A stretch of 64,000 nucleotides of DNA from an uncultured Verrucomicrobiae bacterium (GCA_963765205.1 CAVXVB010000008.1:288001-352000), one strand, 5' to 3'. Numbered from the stretch's first letter, positions 15,142 to 25,346 are shown. Made by a program: numbers and translations. The notes: generated from the letters alone by a model not told the origin.

Positions 15142-16689
15142 ATGGTCGAACCTCCCCGTCATCCGTTCCTGCAAGGCTTAAGCAAGCATCGCGGCGCGCC
15201 GCCGACGATCCTCGTCATCTTCGGCGCGTCGGGCGACCTGTGCGCGCGCAAACTCGTGCCGGCCATCTTCAACCTGGCGGCGGACAACCTGCTGTCGTCC
15301 GATTTTTACCTCGTCGGCTTTGGGCGCAAGCCGATCTCCGACGACGCGTTCCGCGCGGAAACCGCCAAGGACATCAAGCAGTTTTCCCGCCGGCCGCTGA
15401 TGGAGGACGTGTGGTCGCGCGTGCAGGCGAACACGTTTTACATCGCCGGCAATTACGACGACCCGAAGGCATTCCAAACGCTGTTTGAGAAAATTGACGC
15501 GATCGAGAAAAAACTCGGGCGCGATTTGCAGAGCGTGTTCTACATCTCGACGCCGCCGACCGTGTTCAAGCCCATTCTCGAGGGCCTCGGCGCCAGCGGC
15601 CTCGCCAAGCGGCACGCCGACACGCCCATGGCCTCGAAGATGATCATTGAAAAGCCGTTCGGGCGCGACCTGGCCAGCGCGCAGGACTTGAACCGCATCA
15701 TCCGCAACCAGTTTGAGGAATCGCAGGCCTACCGCATTGACCATTACCTGGGCAAGGAGACGGTGCAGGATTTGCTCGTGCTGCGCTTTGCCAACACGAT
15801 TTTTGAGCCGATTTGGAACCGGCGCTACGTGGATTGCGTGCAAATCACCGTGGCCGAGGATTTGGGCGTCGGCGAGCGTGCCGGGTATTACGACCAGTCC
15901 GGCGCCTTGCGCGACATGATCCAGAACCACACCATGCAGTTGCTCTCGCTCGTGGCGATGGAGCCGCCGGTGTCGCTGAGCGCCGAGGACATTCGCGACG
16001 AAAAGGTCAAACTCCTCAAGGCCATCCAGCCGGTCAAACTGCGCGCGGAGGGCGGCGACGTGGTGCGTGCGCAATACGCCGAAGGACTTATTCAGGGTCA
16101 AAAGGTGCCTGGTTACATGCAGGAGGCCGACGTTCCGGCGACCTCCATTACGGAGACTTACGCGGCGGTGCGGCTGGCGATTGAAAACTGGCGCTGGCAG
16201 GGCGTGCCATTCTATCTGCGCTCGGGCAAACGCCTGGCGCGGCGCGTGTCGGAAATCGCCATCCAGTTCAAGCGCCCGGCGGGGATTTTGTTCGCGGACA
16301 ACGAGCGCTTCAACGTCGCGGCCAACACCCTCGTCATCCAAATCCAGCCGGACGAGGGGACGACGCTGCTGATGAACTCGAAGGTGCCCGGCCTCGAAAC
16401 GCGCACCCAGCCGGTGAAGATGTATTTCCGCTACGCGACGACCTTCGGCTCGAACACGCCCGAGGCCTATGAGCGCCTCATCCTCGACTGCATCATCTCC
16501 GACTCGACGCTCTTCATCCGCGGCGACGAAACAGAAACGTCCTGGCGGCTCTACACACCGATCCTCGATTTCTGGCAGGAGAGCGGGCGGCGCGGGCTGG
16601 AGAGCTACGCGGCTGGCTCGTGGGGGCCGCTCGCCTCCGAGCGACTCGTCTGGGAAAACCACCATGAATGGCGCCGCGCGGGGCCGTAA
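15142..16689 (+). CDS. zwf: Glucose-6-phosphate 1-dehydrogenase
   Basis: IFGASGDL, EKPFG, RIDHYLGKE, DMIQNH, WQGVPFYLRSGK. Confidence 0.98.
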   Translation: MVEPPRHPFLQGLSKHRGAPPTILVIFGASGDLCARKLVPAIFNLAADNLLSSDFYLVGFGRKPISDDAFRAETAKDIKQFSRRPLMEDVWSRVQANTFYIAGNYDDPKAFQTLFEKIDAIEKKLGRDLQSVFYISTPPTVFKPILEGLGASGLAKRHADTPMASKMIIEKPFGRDLASAQDLNRIIRNQFEESQAYRIDHYLGKETVQDLLVLRFANTIFEPIWNRRYVDCVQITVAEDLGVGERAGYYDQSGALRDMIQNHTMQLLSLVAMEPPVSLSAEDIRDEKVKLLKAIQPVKLRAEGGDVVRAQYAEGLIQGQKVPGYMQEADVPATSITETYAAVRLAIENWRWQGVPFYLRSGKRLARRVSEIAIQFKRPAGILFADNERFNVAANTLVIQIQPDEGTTLLMNSKVPGLETRTQPVKMYFRYATTFGSNTPEAYERLILDCIISDSTLFIRGDETETSWRLYTPILDFWQESGRRGLESYAAGSWGPLASERLVWENHHEWRRAGP

Positions 16690-16694
16690 TCCAC

Positions 16695-17690
16695 ATGTCC
16701 ACTTTACTTGATGTGCTGCCGGGGATTGCGCTGCGGGTGACCGAAGTGCCGGGGATGCTGTCGAAAATGTGGCAGGGCGACCCGGGCTCCGGGCCGGAGG
16801 CGCCGTCGGCGTTCCGCGCGTCGCAGATGAATCTGGTGCTGCAATTCGGCTTGGCGACGACGGGGGAAGAGGCGCTGCGCGTCTTCGACCAAGCCATTGA
16901 GTTCGCGCAGGTGTATCCCTGCCGCATCCTCGCGCTGTGCCCGGCCAAGGAGGCGAGCGACGCGGTGTTCATGGAGGCGAAACTTTTTTCGCAATGCTAC
17001 ATCGGGCCGAGCACGCGGCAGATGTGCTGTTGCGAGGCGCTGCTGCTCGGCTACCCCGTCCACACCGCCGGTTTTTTGGAAAACCAGGCGATGATCTGGC
17101 TTGAGAGCGATTTGCCCATCTACCACTGGCTGCACCGCGTGCCCGCCCGGCGCGTCGAGGAAATTTACCTGCCCTACCTGAAACTTTGCACGCGCGTGGT
17201 GTTCGATTCGTGCATCGAGGGGCCGGACTACGTCAAGGCCCACTGGCCCAAGCCCGACGCGGTGATGGATCTCGCCTTCGCGCGGCTGCTGCCGGTGCGC
17301 CAGTCCATCGGCCAGTTTTTGAGCGGCTACGATCCGGCCGCGCTGGTGGACGGCCTCACGCACGTCGAGTGCCGCTACGCCTTCGGCGCGGATGGCGAAG
17401 CGGCGAACCTGCTGCGCTGGCAGGAAAGCTGCCTCGAACATTGCGAAAAAAACGGCGAGCACTGCGACGAGATGACCTTTTCCACCAAGCTGCTCGACCC
17501 CGCCTCGCCCAACGCGCTCGAAGTCGAATGGCACTACGGCGCCGGCCCGAAAAATTTCCTGTGGACACACGCGAAGGATTGCGACGCCGTGCGCCTCCGC
17601 GCCAATTTCGGCAAAGGCCCGGTGGATTTGCCCCAGCACGTCAAACCCATGCCGCGGGTAAGAGAATTGGCCGAGGCGTTGTTTTTTTGA
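16695..17690 (+). CDS. opcA: G6PDH assembly protein OpcA-like
   Basis: Directly after zwf; RASQMNLV, PCRIL, LESDLPIYHW, MDLAFARL. Confidence 0.8.
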   Translation: MSTLLDVLPGIALRVTEVPGMLSKMWQGDPGSGPEAPSAFRASQMNLVLQFGLATTGEEALRVFDQAIEFAQVYPCRILALCPAKEASDAVFMEAKLFSQCYIGPSTRQMCCCEALLLGYPVHTAGFLENQAMIWLESDLPIYHWLHRVPARRVEEIYLPYLKLCTRVVFDSCIEGPDYVKAHWPKPDAVMDLAFARLLPVRQSIGQFLSGYDPAALVDGLTHVECRYAFGADGEAANLLRWQESCLEHCEKNGEHCDEMTFSTKLLDPASPNALEVEWHYGAGPKNFLWTHAKDCDAVRLRANFGKGPVDLPQHVKPMPRVRELAEALFF

Positions 17691-17748
17691 ATCTAGAATT
17701 TGGCATGATAGAACTTGATTTAATGGCTATTTTGCGTAGAATGTCCTT

Positions 17749-17979
17749 ATGAACGCCCAAGCAACTCTGAAGGAAATCCTCGCTTTGCCCGAGGAAGACC
17801 GCCGTTGGCTGGCCGAGGAAATTGCGGCCAGCCTGCCGGAACAGGACGAGGATTTTGAGCTTACGCCAGAATTTAAGGCCGAGTTAAATCGCCGCCTTTC
17901 CGAACATGAAGCCAACCCCAATTCCGGCATCCCCTGGAACGAAGCCAAAGCCCGGGTTTTGGCCCGCCTGCGCAAATGA
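17749..17979 (+). CDS. Addiction-module antitoxin
   Basis: ILALPEEDRRWLAEEI...AELNRRL...GIPWNEAKARV; ATGA overlap with toxin. Confidence 0.88.
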   Translation: MNAQATLKEILALPEEDRRWLAEEIAASLPEQDEDFELTPEFKAELNRRLSEHEANPNSGIPWNEAKARVLARLRK

Positions 17980-18275
17980 CGCGGAAAACAATCTGGCGCA
18001 GCGCTGCCTTGCAAGAATTGGCCGACGCAAGCTTGTGGTATGAAAATGAACGACCTGGCTTGGGCGAGGAATTTGTCGAAGCGGTTGACCTTTTGCTTGC
18101 TGGCGTCCAGTCCAATCCGCAGTTTTTTCGCGAAGTTTTACCGCCGATTCGGCGCGTCCTCATGAAACGATTCCCCTATCTCGTGTTCTTTTACGAAGGC
18201 AACGGCCAGATCGTTGTTCTTTCCATTCACCATGCGAAGCGTAATCCTGCAGTTTGGAGAAGCCGCCACGAATAA
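17976..18275 (+). CDS. RelE/ParE-family toxin
   Basis: ELADASLWYE...PGLGEEF...RRVLMKRFPYLVFF...IHHAKRNP. Confidence 0.9.
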   Translation: MTRKTIWRSAALQELADASLWYENERPGLGEEFVEAVDLLLAGVQSNPQFFREVLPPIRRVLMKRFPYLVFFYEGNGQIVVLSIHHAKRNPAVWRSRHE

Positions 18276-18309
18276 TTCGTGAAGTCTCCTTGCTTTATTC
18301 ATACCAACC

Positions 18310-19038
18310 ATGCGCTCAATTCCCACCGATTACGGCCTGCTGCGCGTGGGGTCGCTTGACGACACTTTTCACGCCATCGTGGATGAGTTGCGCGGCGCGG
18401 TGGCGGCGAAGGGCGCGCCGATCACCGTCGGGTTGTCGGGGGGTTCGACGCCGAAGGCGTTTTACCAATGGGCGGTGCGCACGCAGGCGCTGCCCGCCGC
18501 CGTCTGGCAAAATTGCCTCTGGCTGACGAGCGACGAGCGCTGCGTGCCGCTGGCCTCCGACGAATCGAACTTCGGCAATGCCGACCGGCTGCTGCTAACG
18601 CCGCTGGGCGTGCCGGACGCGGCGAAAATTCCGTGGCCGGTTGATTTGCCGCCCGCGGACAGCGCCACGGCTTTCAATAAAATGTGGAACGCCCGCTTAG
18701 GCCCGCAACTGGGTTTCGATGTGTGCTTCCTCGGCATGGGCGACGACGGGCACACGGCGTCGCTGTGTCCGGGCTGCCCGCTCCTCGGCTCCGGGCTGGC
18801 GGACAATTTTGCGGCGGTCGAGTGGCCGGGGCGCGGCTGGCGGCTGACCATTACCGAGGCCGGGCTGGCGCGGTGCGGGCGCGTGGTTGTCATTACCAAC
18901 GGCGCGAACAAGGCCGCGGTGCTCAAAGCGATTCTGCGCGGGCCGTATGACCCGAAAAAACTGCCGTCACAAATCCACCGGGCCTACGCGGCGCGCGTGA
19001 CCTGGCTGGTGGACGAAGCGGCGGCGGCGGAATTATAA
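18310..19038 (+). CDS. pgl: 6-phosphogluconolactonase
   Basis: LSGGSTP, DERCVP...SN, LGMGDDGHTASL, RLTIT. Confidence 0.95.
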   Translation: MRSIPTDYGLLRVGSLDDTFHAIVDELRGAVAAKGAPITVGLSGGSTPKAFYQWAVRTQALPAAVWQNCLWLTSDERCVPLASDESNFGNADRLLLTPLGVPDAAKIPWPVDLPPADSATAFNKMWNARLGPQLGFDVCFLGMGDDGHTASLCPGCPLLGSGLADNFAAVEWPGRGWRLTITEAGLARCGRVVVITNGANKAAVLKAILRGPYDPKKLPSQIHRAYAARVTWLVDEAAAAEL

Positions 19039-19186
19039 AGTTTCGAGTTTCGGGTTTCGAGTTTTCCTCTCCTCGCGTCATTAAGTACTTGAGTTCTCAT
19101 TTCGTCTTGCCGCCCCCGAGTTTCAGCATTCAGCATTCAGCATTCAGCATTCAGCATTCAGCATTCAGCATTCAGCATTCAGCATT
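19038..19186. repeat. Two heptamer arrays of opposite polarity
   Basis: AAGTTTC GAGTTTC GGGTTTC GAGTTTT (19038-19065) and perfect (CAGCATT)x9 (19124-19186). Confidence 0.92.
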
Positions 19187-19239
19187 TCCCTATTTCCCTT
19201 GCGCCAAGCCGCGCAAGGGCGTAGTTTTACCAGTTCTGC

Positions 19240-19803
19240 ATGAGCAAATCGCCCCATACCCACTCCGCCGATGCGGGGGAAAATCCCGCGCCCCAGGCCG
19301 TCCCGTCGCCGGAGACGGGGGCGTTGCTGGCGCAGTTGGACACCGCGCTGGCCGACGCGGCCAAATATAAAGACCAGTGCCTGCGCTCAATGGCGGATTT
19401 GGACAATTTCCGCCGCCGCGCCGCGCGCGACAAGGAGGACACCCGCCGCGCTGCCGCCGCCGCGCTGCTCGAGGACTTGCTGCCTGCGCTCGATAATTTG
19501 CGCCTGGGCCTCCAATCGGCGATGCAAGCACACCCGGAGGCCAAGGCCGTGATTGACGGCATCAAACTCGTCGCCGACCAGTTGCGCGGCGTGCTCACGC
19601 AGCATGGCTTGAAGGAAATCGAGCCGCTGGGCGAGGCCTTCGACGCGAAATTCCACGAGGCCGTCGCCCAGCAACCGAGCGAGCGCATCCCCGAGGGCCA
19701 CGTCATGCAAGTGCTGCGCCCAGGCTATTTGCTGAACGATCGGCTGCTCCGCGCGGCCAGCGTGATCCTGTCGTCCGGGCCGGGGCCGGAAATTAAGAAG
19801 TAA
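19240..19803 (+). CDS. grpE: Nucleotide exchange factor GrpE
   Basis: LRSMADLDNFRRR, LLPALDNL, FDAKFHEAV, GYLLNDRLLRAASV. Confidence 0.96.
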   Translation: MSKSPHTHSADAGENPAPQAVPSPETGALLAQLDTALADAAKYKDQCLRSMADLDNFRRRAARDKEDTRRAAAAALLEDLLPALDNLRLGLQSAMQAHPEAKAVIDGIKLVADQLRGVLTQHGLKEIEPLGEAFDAKFHEAVAQQPSERIPEGHVMQVLRPGYLLNDRLLRAASVILSSGPGPEIKK

Positions 19804-19921
19804 AAGTTAAGAATTAAGCAAGGCCGCCACGAGACCCAACACCATCCCTCCCGTCCATGCGTCAATTTAGTTTTGATTTCGGCATTTTAATTCTTAATTC
19901 ATAACTCTTAATTCTTACTTT
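19790..19921. repeat. Inverted pair of heptamer arrays between grpE and purA
   Basis: AAATTAA GAAGTAA AAGTTAA GAATTAA (19790-19817) / TTAATTC TTAATTC ATAACTC TTAATTC TTACTTT (19887-19921). Confidence 0.85.
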
Positions 19922-19927
19922 TCCCGC

Positions 19928-21481
19928 ATGGCCCTGCCTCCCTTCACCAGCCAGTTAATCGCCGACGTGGGCATCAGCCTCGGCGACGAAGGCAAGGGGC
20001 GCCTCGTCTATGAGATCGCCGCCGAGTTGCGCAGCCAGACGCAGCGCGACGCCGCCGTGGCGATGGTGCTCAAAGTCAACGGCGGCGCGAACTCGGGCCA
20101 CACGGCGGGCGGATTAAAACTAAACCTCTTGCCGGCGGGCGTCATTGACGTCCATGTGCCGATGCTGGCCATCGGCGCGGGCGTGGTCGCCGACCCGCGC
20201 AAATTCTGGTGGGAGCTGGAGCCGCTCGAACGCCGCGGCTACCGTGTGTTCGAGCGCCTGCTCATTGACGAACGCACCATGCTTGCCGATGTCTCCCACC
20301 GGCTGCTCGACCTCGCCTGGGAGGACTACCGCACGCATGTGCTGGGCGAACCGCAACGCGGCTCGACCGGCCGCGGCATCACTCCCGCATACAGCGACGA
20401 AGCCAACCAATGGACCATTTATTACGGGGACTTTCTCGGCCCGCGCGCGGACTTCGAGCGGCGCTTTCGCACTCGCCTGAACCGGGCCTCGCGCATCATC
20501 AAGGACATCTGCCAGGTCATCCCGGAGCATTGGGATATTTTCTTTGACCGCCTCACGCTCGCCGAAACGCGGGCGAATCAGGCCGCCATTGACGCCGGAA
20601 TTTTCCCCAAGGAGGAATTCGACTTCTGCCAGTTCCGCAGCAAGGAGCCTTATTTCCTCAACACCGACCTCCTCACCGAAACCTACTGGCAGGCCGGGCA
20701 GCGGCTGCGGGCGCGCATCGGCGACGTGCGCGAGGCCGCGCTGGCCGCGCTGGCGGGCGGCCAATACATCATCGGCGAATTCGGCCAGAGCTACTGGCTC
20801 GACAAGCGCCGCGGCTTTTCGCCCAATGTCACAGCCTCGCACACTTACACGCCGGAATTTTTTGAGAGCGCGGGCATCCCGTGCCAGCCGGTCCATACCG
20901 TGGGCTGCTGCAAGGCCTACGACACCAAGGTCGGCACGCATGTTTTCCTCACGCGGATCGAAGAGACACACCCGCTCGGCCAATTATTGCGCGAGCTGGA
21001 ATACGGCACCAGCACCGGCCGCCAGCGCATGGTCGGCTGGTTTGACGCCGTGGAAAAAGGCGACGCGCTGCGTTATGGCGGCTTCCAGGATCTCATCATC
21101 AACAAGCTCGACGCGCTCACCTATCGCGGCGCGTGGCGCGACGGCGTATTGCTCGTCTGCACGGGCTACCGCACGCCCGGCGGCGCGCTGACCGCCGGCG
21201 TCCCGCGCGACGACCGCGCGCGCCAGGCCCTGCAACCGGTTTACGCAAAACTGCCTGGCTGGCACGAGGACATCGCGGGCGTCACCTCCTTCGCCAAATT
21301 GCCGGCCAATGCGAAGCGCTATGTTGCGTTTTTGGTAAAAAGCGTGCTCAACGTCGCCACGCGTGGCGGCACCTCGGAAGTCCCCGCGCCGAATCTGCGC
21401 TATATTGGCACCGGCCCCGACCCCGACCAAGTCATCCGCGACGTGCCGGTGACCAAGGAATTGCTGAAGCTGGCGGAATGA
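19928..21481 (+). CDS. purA: Adenylosuccinate synthetase (long, divergent form)
   Basis: LGDEGKG, GGANSGHT, GSTGRGI, EYGTSTGRQRMVGWFD, NKLD, LPANAKRY. Confidence 0.92.
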   Translation: MALPPFTSQLIADVGISLGDEGKGRLVYEIAAELRSQTQRDAAVAMVLKVNGGANSGHTAGGLKLNLLPAGVIDVHVPMLAIGAGVVADPRKFWWELEPLERRGYRVFERLLIDERTMLADVSHRLLDLAWEDYRTHVLGEPQRGSTGRGITPAYSDEANQWTIYYGDFLGPRADFERRFRTRLNRASRIIKDICQVIPEHWDIFFDRLTLAETRANQAAIDAGIFPKEEFDFCQFRSKEPYFLNTDLLTETYWQAGQRLRARIGDVREAALAALAGGQYIIGEFGQSYWLDKRRGFSPNVTASHTYTPEFFESAGIPCQPVHTVGCCKAYDTKVGTHVFLTRIEETHPLGQLLRELEYGTSTGRQRMVGWFDAVEKGDALRYGGFQDLIINKLDALTYRGAWRDGVLLVCTGYRTPGGALTAGVPRDDRARQALQPVYAKLPGWHEDIAGVTSFAKLPANAKRYVAFLVKSVLNVATRGGTSEVPAPNLRYIGTGPDPDQVIRDVPVTKELLKLAE

Positions 21482-21603
21482 AATCCAGTCTGGCCCTATT
21501 CGGGAACAATGCGTGGGAAAGCGACCGTCCTTGTTCCGGGTCAAAAATTATCGCCCCACCGGCTTGCGCCGAAGGCGTGGCTTCGAACAGACTGTCCCGG
21601 AAC

Positions 21604-22014
21604 CTACTGGGCGACCACATTAACGATGAATGCAGTCGAGGTGGGCGCCCCGGTTTCCGGCGTGCCCGTGACCGCGACGCGATAATCGCCGATGGCCGCA
21701 TCCCTCGCCACATTAACTTGGAGCTGCACATCGGGCTTGTCGCTGGCTTTGACCAGGATCGCGCCCGGCGTCACGCTAATGCCATCCGTTTTGGTGTCCA
21801 GTTGCACATCCCGCTTGAAATAGGGACCCCGGTTCAGCAGGACGGTAACGGCGGTGTTGCCGCCCTGTTTGACGGTGTTGGTGGCCGGGACGGTGATGCT
21901 GAATTCTTCGTTAACAGGCACGATGCCGCCGGCGCTGCTGACATTCGTGGCGCTACTGCATCCGGAGGCAGCCAGCAAAGCCGCCAGCGTAAATATCTTG
22001 ATTAGAGTTTTCAT
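21604..22014 (-). CDS. Lipoprotein with Ig-like beta-rich domain
   Basis: Signal peptide with lipobox LAASGC; beta-strand-rich mature part. Confidence 0.75.
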   Translation of the reverse strand: MKTLIKIFTLAALLAASGCSSATNVSSAGGIVPVNEEFSITVPATNTVKQGGNTAVTVLLNRGPYFKRDVQLDTKTDGISVTPGAILVKASDKPDVQLQVNVARDAAIGDYRVAVTGTPETGAPTSTAFIVNVVAQ

Positions 22015-22211
22015 ATTTATTTAAATAATTTGGCGTTGGCTTTGGGCCATGAGCGCCGGGTGTTGGTGAACCGATACGACTCTACGCGGTTGCGCAAAAG
22101 TTTGCCATGGGGCGAAACCCTACCGGAAAGGATGACGATCCCCTCACTGAACGCGGCCTTCGGGTTTGATCGAGCCAACCCTCAACCTGGAGGCGGATTT
22201 CAGTTTCGCGC

Positions 22212-23267
22212 TCATGTCCCCTGGCTGGCGACCTTGAGCAGCACAGGGCTTTCCTCGAGTTCGGGGAATTCCTCGCGCAGGCGGCGGAGGCCCTCCGCCG
22301 AAGGGAAGGCCAGGAGCTTTTGGTCGCCCTCACCCTCGAAGCAGGCGTGGAAGGCCTTGTAATGCTTGTCGTCAATGAACTCCGCCAGCTCGGCGATGAG
22401 GTTGAAATCCTGCGCTTTGTAGTAATTGTATTGCTCCTCAACGGTGGCAAAACCCGCCTTGTGCGTCTTAAACTGGTGTTTTTTGAAGGGGGTGGATTTC
22501 CGGCGCGACGTCTCGTCCAGCGCGAGGTGGTAGAGGAGCGTGTTGGCCACGGCCGCGAAGCGCGGCTCGTCCCGGTGCGCGGTGAAAAAGTCGTGGCGCT
22601 TGCGGGCCAGGGCGATGGTCCAGGCGACCAGCTCCGTCAGCGGCTGTTTGGCGTAGCTCGCGGTCTCGCCCGCGCGGAACTCCTCCGGCGTGGCGGAATT
22701 GAGGTAGCTCAGTTCCTCGTCCACGAATTGATAGACTTGAAAGGCGTCGCCGTGTTTGTCGTACGCGGTGAACTCGCGAAAATGCTTCATGTAGAGTTCG
22801 CGGCTGCGCAGCACTTCGTAGGAGGCGTGGCCAAGGAGGATTTGTGAATCGTCGCCCATGTCCATCACGCGGCGGGCGAAGTTGATGCCCCGGCCGGCCA
22901 CGTTGTTCGCCCCGTTGATATCGCGCACGAGGTTGTCCTGGTTTTCGTTGATGCCGATGCGGACTTTGAAGCGCCACGCCTCGTCCCGCTGCTGCTTGTT
23001 GCGCTCCTGGATGAGTTCCAGCAGCTTGAACGAGAAAATCATGTTGATGTCGAAAAAATTGTAGTTGAGGAAGGCGACGCACATGCCGTCGCCGGTGGGC
23101 AGCATGAGGCGCTCCTCCTTCGGGATTTTCAACTCCTCGAAGACGCGCGCCACCATGGCGTTGAGCGCGTCAATGATGTCGGACTGCGCCTCGACGCTGC
23201 GGTTCTTCGTGTAGCCCACGATGTCCACAAAGGCGTATTTGGCCAGGGCGGTGGTTGCGGTGTTCAT
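22212..23267 (-). CDS. Class III nucleotide cyclase-domain protein with unknown C-terminal domain
   Basis: FVDIVGYT, TGDG, VRIGI, GRGINFARRVM, QILL. Confidence 0.85.
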   Translation of the reverse strand: MNTATTALAKYAFVDIVGYTKNRSVEAQSDIIDALNAMVARVFEELKIPKEERLMLPTGDGMCVAFLNYNFFDINMIFSFKLLELIQERNKQQRDEAWRFKVRIGINENQDNLVRDINGANNVAGRGINFARRVMDMGDDSQILLGHASYEVLRSRELYMKHFREFTAYDKHGDAFQVYQFVDEELSYLNSATPEEFRAGETASYAKQPLTELVAWTIALARKRHDFFTAHRDEPRFAAVANTLLYHLALDETSRRKSTPFKKHQFKTHKAGFATVEEQYNYYKAQDFNLIAELAEFIDDKHYKAFHACFEGEGDQKLLAFPSAEGLRRLREEFPELEESPVLLKVASQGT

Positions 23268-23270
23268 GGT

Positions 23271-23744
23271 TTAATTGAGGTCTCCCCAGTAGAGCGGCTC
23301 CACGACGAAGTCGCCGCCGCGCACACATTGCTTGAGGAAGGCCGGAAAAAAGCGGCAGCCGTCGAGCTGCGCCAACTCAAGCCAGGCGACGCCGACCTGC
23401 CGCCGGTCGCGCCCGGCGCCGGCGACGGGCAGGGCGCCCTCCGGCAGCGCGCAGCGGAAAACGACCTCGACTTGGTGGAAGTGCTGGTGTTCGCGCGCGA
23501 ATCCATGGTTTTTGCCAATGTATTCGCGCACATAGAGGAGGGGGCCGGGTTCGAGCGCGACGCCGATCTCTTCGTGCGTTTCGCGGCGCAAGGCGTCGGC
23601 GAGCGTTTCACCATGGCGCTGGCCGCCGCCGGGAAGGATGAAAAACTCCCCCTCGCGATCGCGCATGGTAATGGCGAGGAGCCGGCCGCCGCGCACCACA
23701 ACCGCGCGGGCGGCAGAGCGAACGCTGGACGATGCAGAAGGCAT
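23271..23744 (-). CDS. Nudix hydrolase
   Basis: Nudix box PGGGQRHGETLADALRRETHEEIG. Confidence 0.92.
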   Translation of the reverse strand: MPSASSSVRSAARAVVVRGGRLLAITMRDREGEFFILPGGGQRHGETLADALRRETHEEIGVALEPGPLLYVREYIGKNHGFAREHQHFHQVEVVFRCALPEGALPVAGAGRDRRQVGVAWLELAQLDGCRFFPAFLKQCVRGGDFVVEPLYWGDLN

Positions 23745-23825
23745 GGGGTAGGTCGGGGTCGAAACCTTAATTGCCCGGAGAGCAAAAGGCAAATGTATTA
23801 GCGCGAAAACATCACCCCAATCCAG

Positions 23826-25310
23826 TTAAAGCACCCGACCGTTATGCAGGCGCAGGACACGATTCACGCAAGCCGGCAAGTCGTCGGCGCGGTGCGCGGC
23901 GATAATAAGTTGGGTGCCGGCGCGGGCGGCGCGTTCCACGGCCCGCAGAAAACGCACACGGGCGGCCGGGGCGAGGCCGTCACAAGGTTCGTCGAGCAAA
24001 AGCAGCCGCGGTTCGGGTGCCAGCGCGCGGGCGAGCAGCGCCAGCCGCGCTTCGCCAAAAGACAATTCGCCCCAGCGCCGCCCGGCCAAGCGCCCCACGC
24101 CGAGTCGGCGCAAGGCCACCCGGGCTTGGGCTGATTCGGTGCGGGTCGGTGCCCGCAACAAGCCCACGGTGGATTGGAAGCCGGAGGCCACCACGCCGGC
24201 GACGGTGGCCGCGGCGAGATAAAAATGCTGGAGCGCCGGCGAAACATAACCCATGCAGCGGCGTGCGTCCGGCAGCGTGCGGAAATTTTCATCACCACCA
24301 AATCTTTCGAGGCTCCCGCCGCGGGCGACCGGCCAATCCCCGTAGATTGCGCGCAGCAGCGTGGATTTGCCGCTGCCGTTCGGACCCAGCACAGCCCAGT
24401 GTTCGCCGGAACGAACCGTCCAGTTGAGGTCCTGCAAAATGCGCTGGGTGCGGAGGTGGTCGCCGACGAAAACGGAGGCGCGGGTAAAGCGCAGGGTGAA
24501 ATCATCCGCTGATTGGGGCGGACGATCATGCTTGCGATTCACGCCCGCTTTGCGGACGCCTCGGCGAGGCGTCCCTGCCGCTTTTCCCATTCTTTTCAAT
24601 TTTGGAACTTCCTGCGCGCGACCCTCGTGCAGTGTCAAATGCCGCGTCAGCCCCGGCAGCGCATCACTCGCGCGGTGCGTGGCGACGATGACCGCCGTGC
24701 CCGCGCGCAACCGGCAAATAATTTCCGCGCCAACGCGCGCGCGCGCCGCATCGTCGAGTCCGTCGGAAAATTCGTCGAGTACAAGGAGGGCGGGTTTCGA
24801 CGCCAAGGCCCGCGCCAGAAGGGCGAGCCGTTGCTGGCCTTGCGACAATTCGGCAACGGGCTTCCGCCAAAACCGGGCGACTCCGAGTTTTTCGGCAAGG
24901 ACGCGCGCGCCGGCGCGTTGCGTCGGAGTCGGGCGTTGCGCGAGGAGCAGCGTGTTCGCGAAGCCGGTGAGGATGACATCGCCGGCGGTGATGAAGGTGT
25001 CGAGCCGCGCGAGACGCTGGTGCGTTTCCGGCGAAAGCCAGGCGATCCGGCCCGCCAGGCCCATGGGGCTGGCGCTGATCGCGCGGCCGAAATGATACCG
25101 GCGCACGCCGCCGCGCGGGCCCGCATCCGGCCAGATTTGCCCCGTCAACACGCGCAGCAAACTTGTCTTGCCCGAACCGTTGGGGCCGGTGACGAGCCAG
25201 CCTTCGCCACGGCCAACGGTCCACGTCACGTCGCGCAAGATCGCGCGCCCGCCCAGCGTCAGGCGCACGCCACGCAGCTCAACCAAAAGCCGAGGGGTTT
25301 TTTGGCTCAT
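23826..25310 (-). CDS. ModF-like dual-domain ABC ATPase
   Basis: Two Walker A motifs (GPNGSGKT/S), LSQGQQR and LSFGEAR, LLDEPCDGL. Confidence 0.88.
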   Translation of the reverse strand: MSQKTPRLLVELRGVRLTLGGRAILRDVTWTVGRGEGWLVTGPNGSGKTSLLRVLTGQIWPDAGPRGGVRRYHFGRAISASPMGLAGRIAWLSPETHQRLARLDTFITAGDVILTGFANTLLLAQRPTPTQRAGARVLAEKLGVARFWRKPVAELSQGQQRLALLARALASKPALLVLDEFSDGLDDAARARVGAEIICRLRAGTAVIVATHRASDALPGLTRHLTLHEGRAQEVPKLKRMGKAAGTPRRGVRKAGVNRKHDRPPQSADDFTLRFTRASVFVGDHLRTQRILQDLNWTVRSGEHWAVLGPNGSGKSTLLRAIYGDWPVARGGSLERFGGDENFRTLPDARRCMGYVSPALQHFYLAAATVAGVVASGFQSTVGLLRAPTRTESAQARVALRRLGVGRLAGRRWGELSFGEARLALLARALAPEPRLLLLDEPCDGLAPAARVRFLRAVERAARAGTQLIIAAHRADDLPACVNRVLRLHNGRVL

Positions 25311-25346
25311 GACAGCGTTGGCATACTTTGATGGATTGCTGCTTTT

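Noticed and set aside
19124..19186. Tandem repeats as a CRISPR array
   Set aside because: 7-bp units with no spacers and no cas genes in the window.
19190..19239. CIRCE element upstream of grpE
   Set aside because: The inverted repeat CCTTGCGC-N6-GCGCAAGG does not match TTAGCACTC-N9-GAGTGCTAA.
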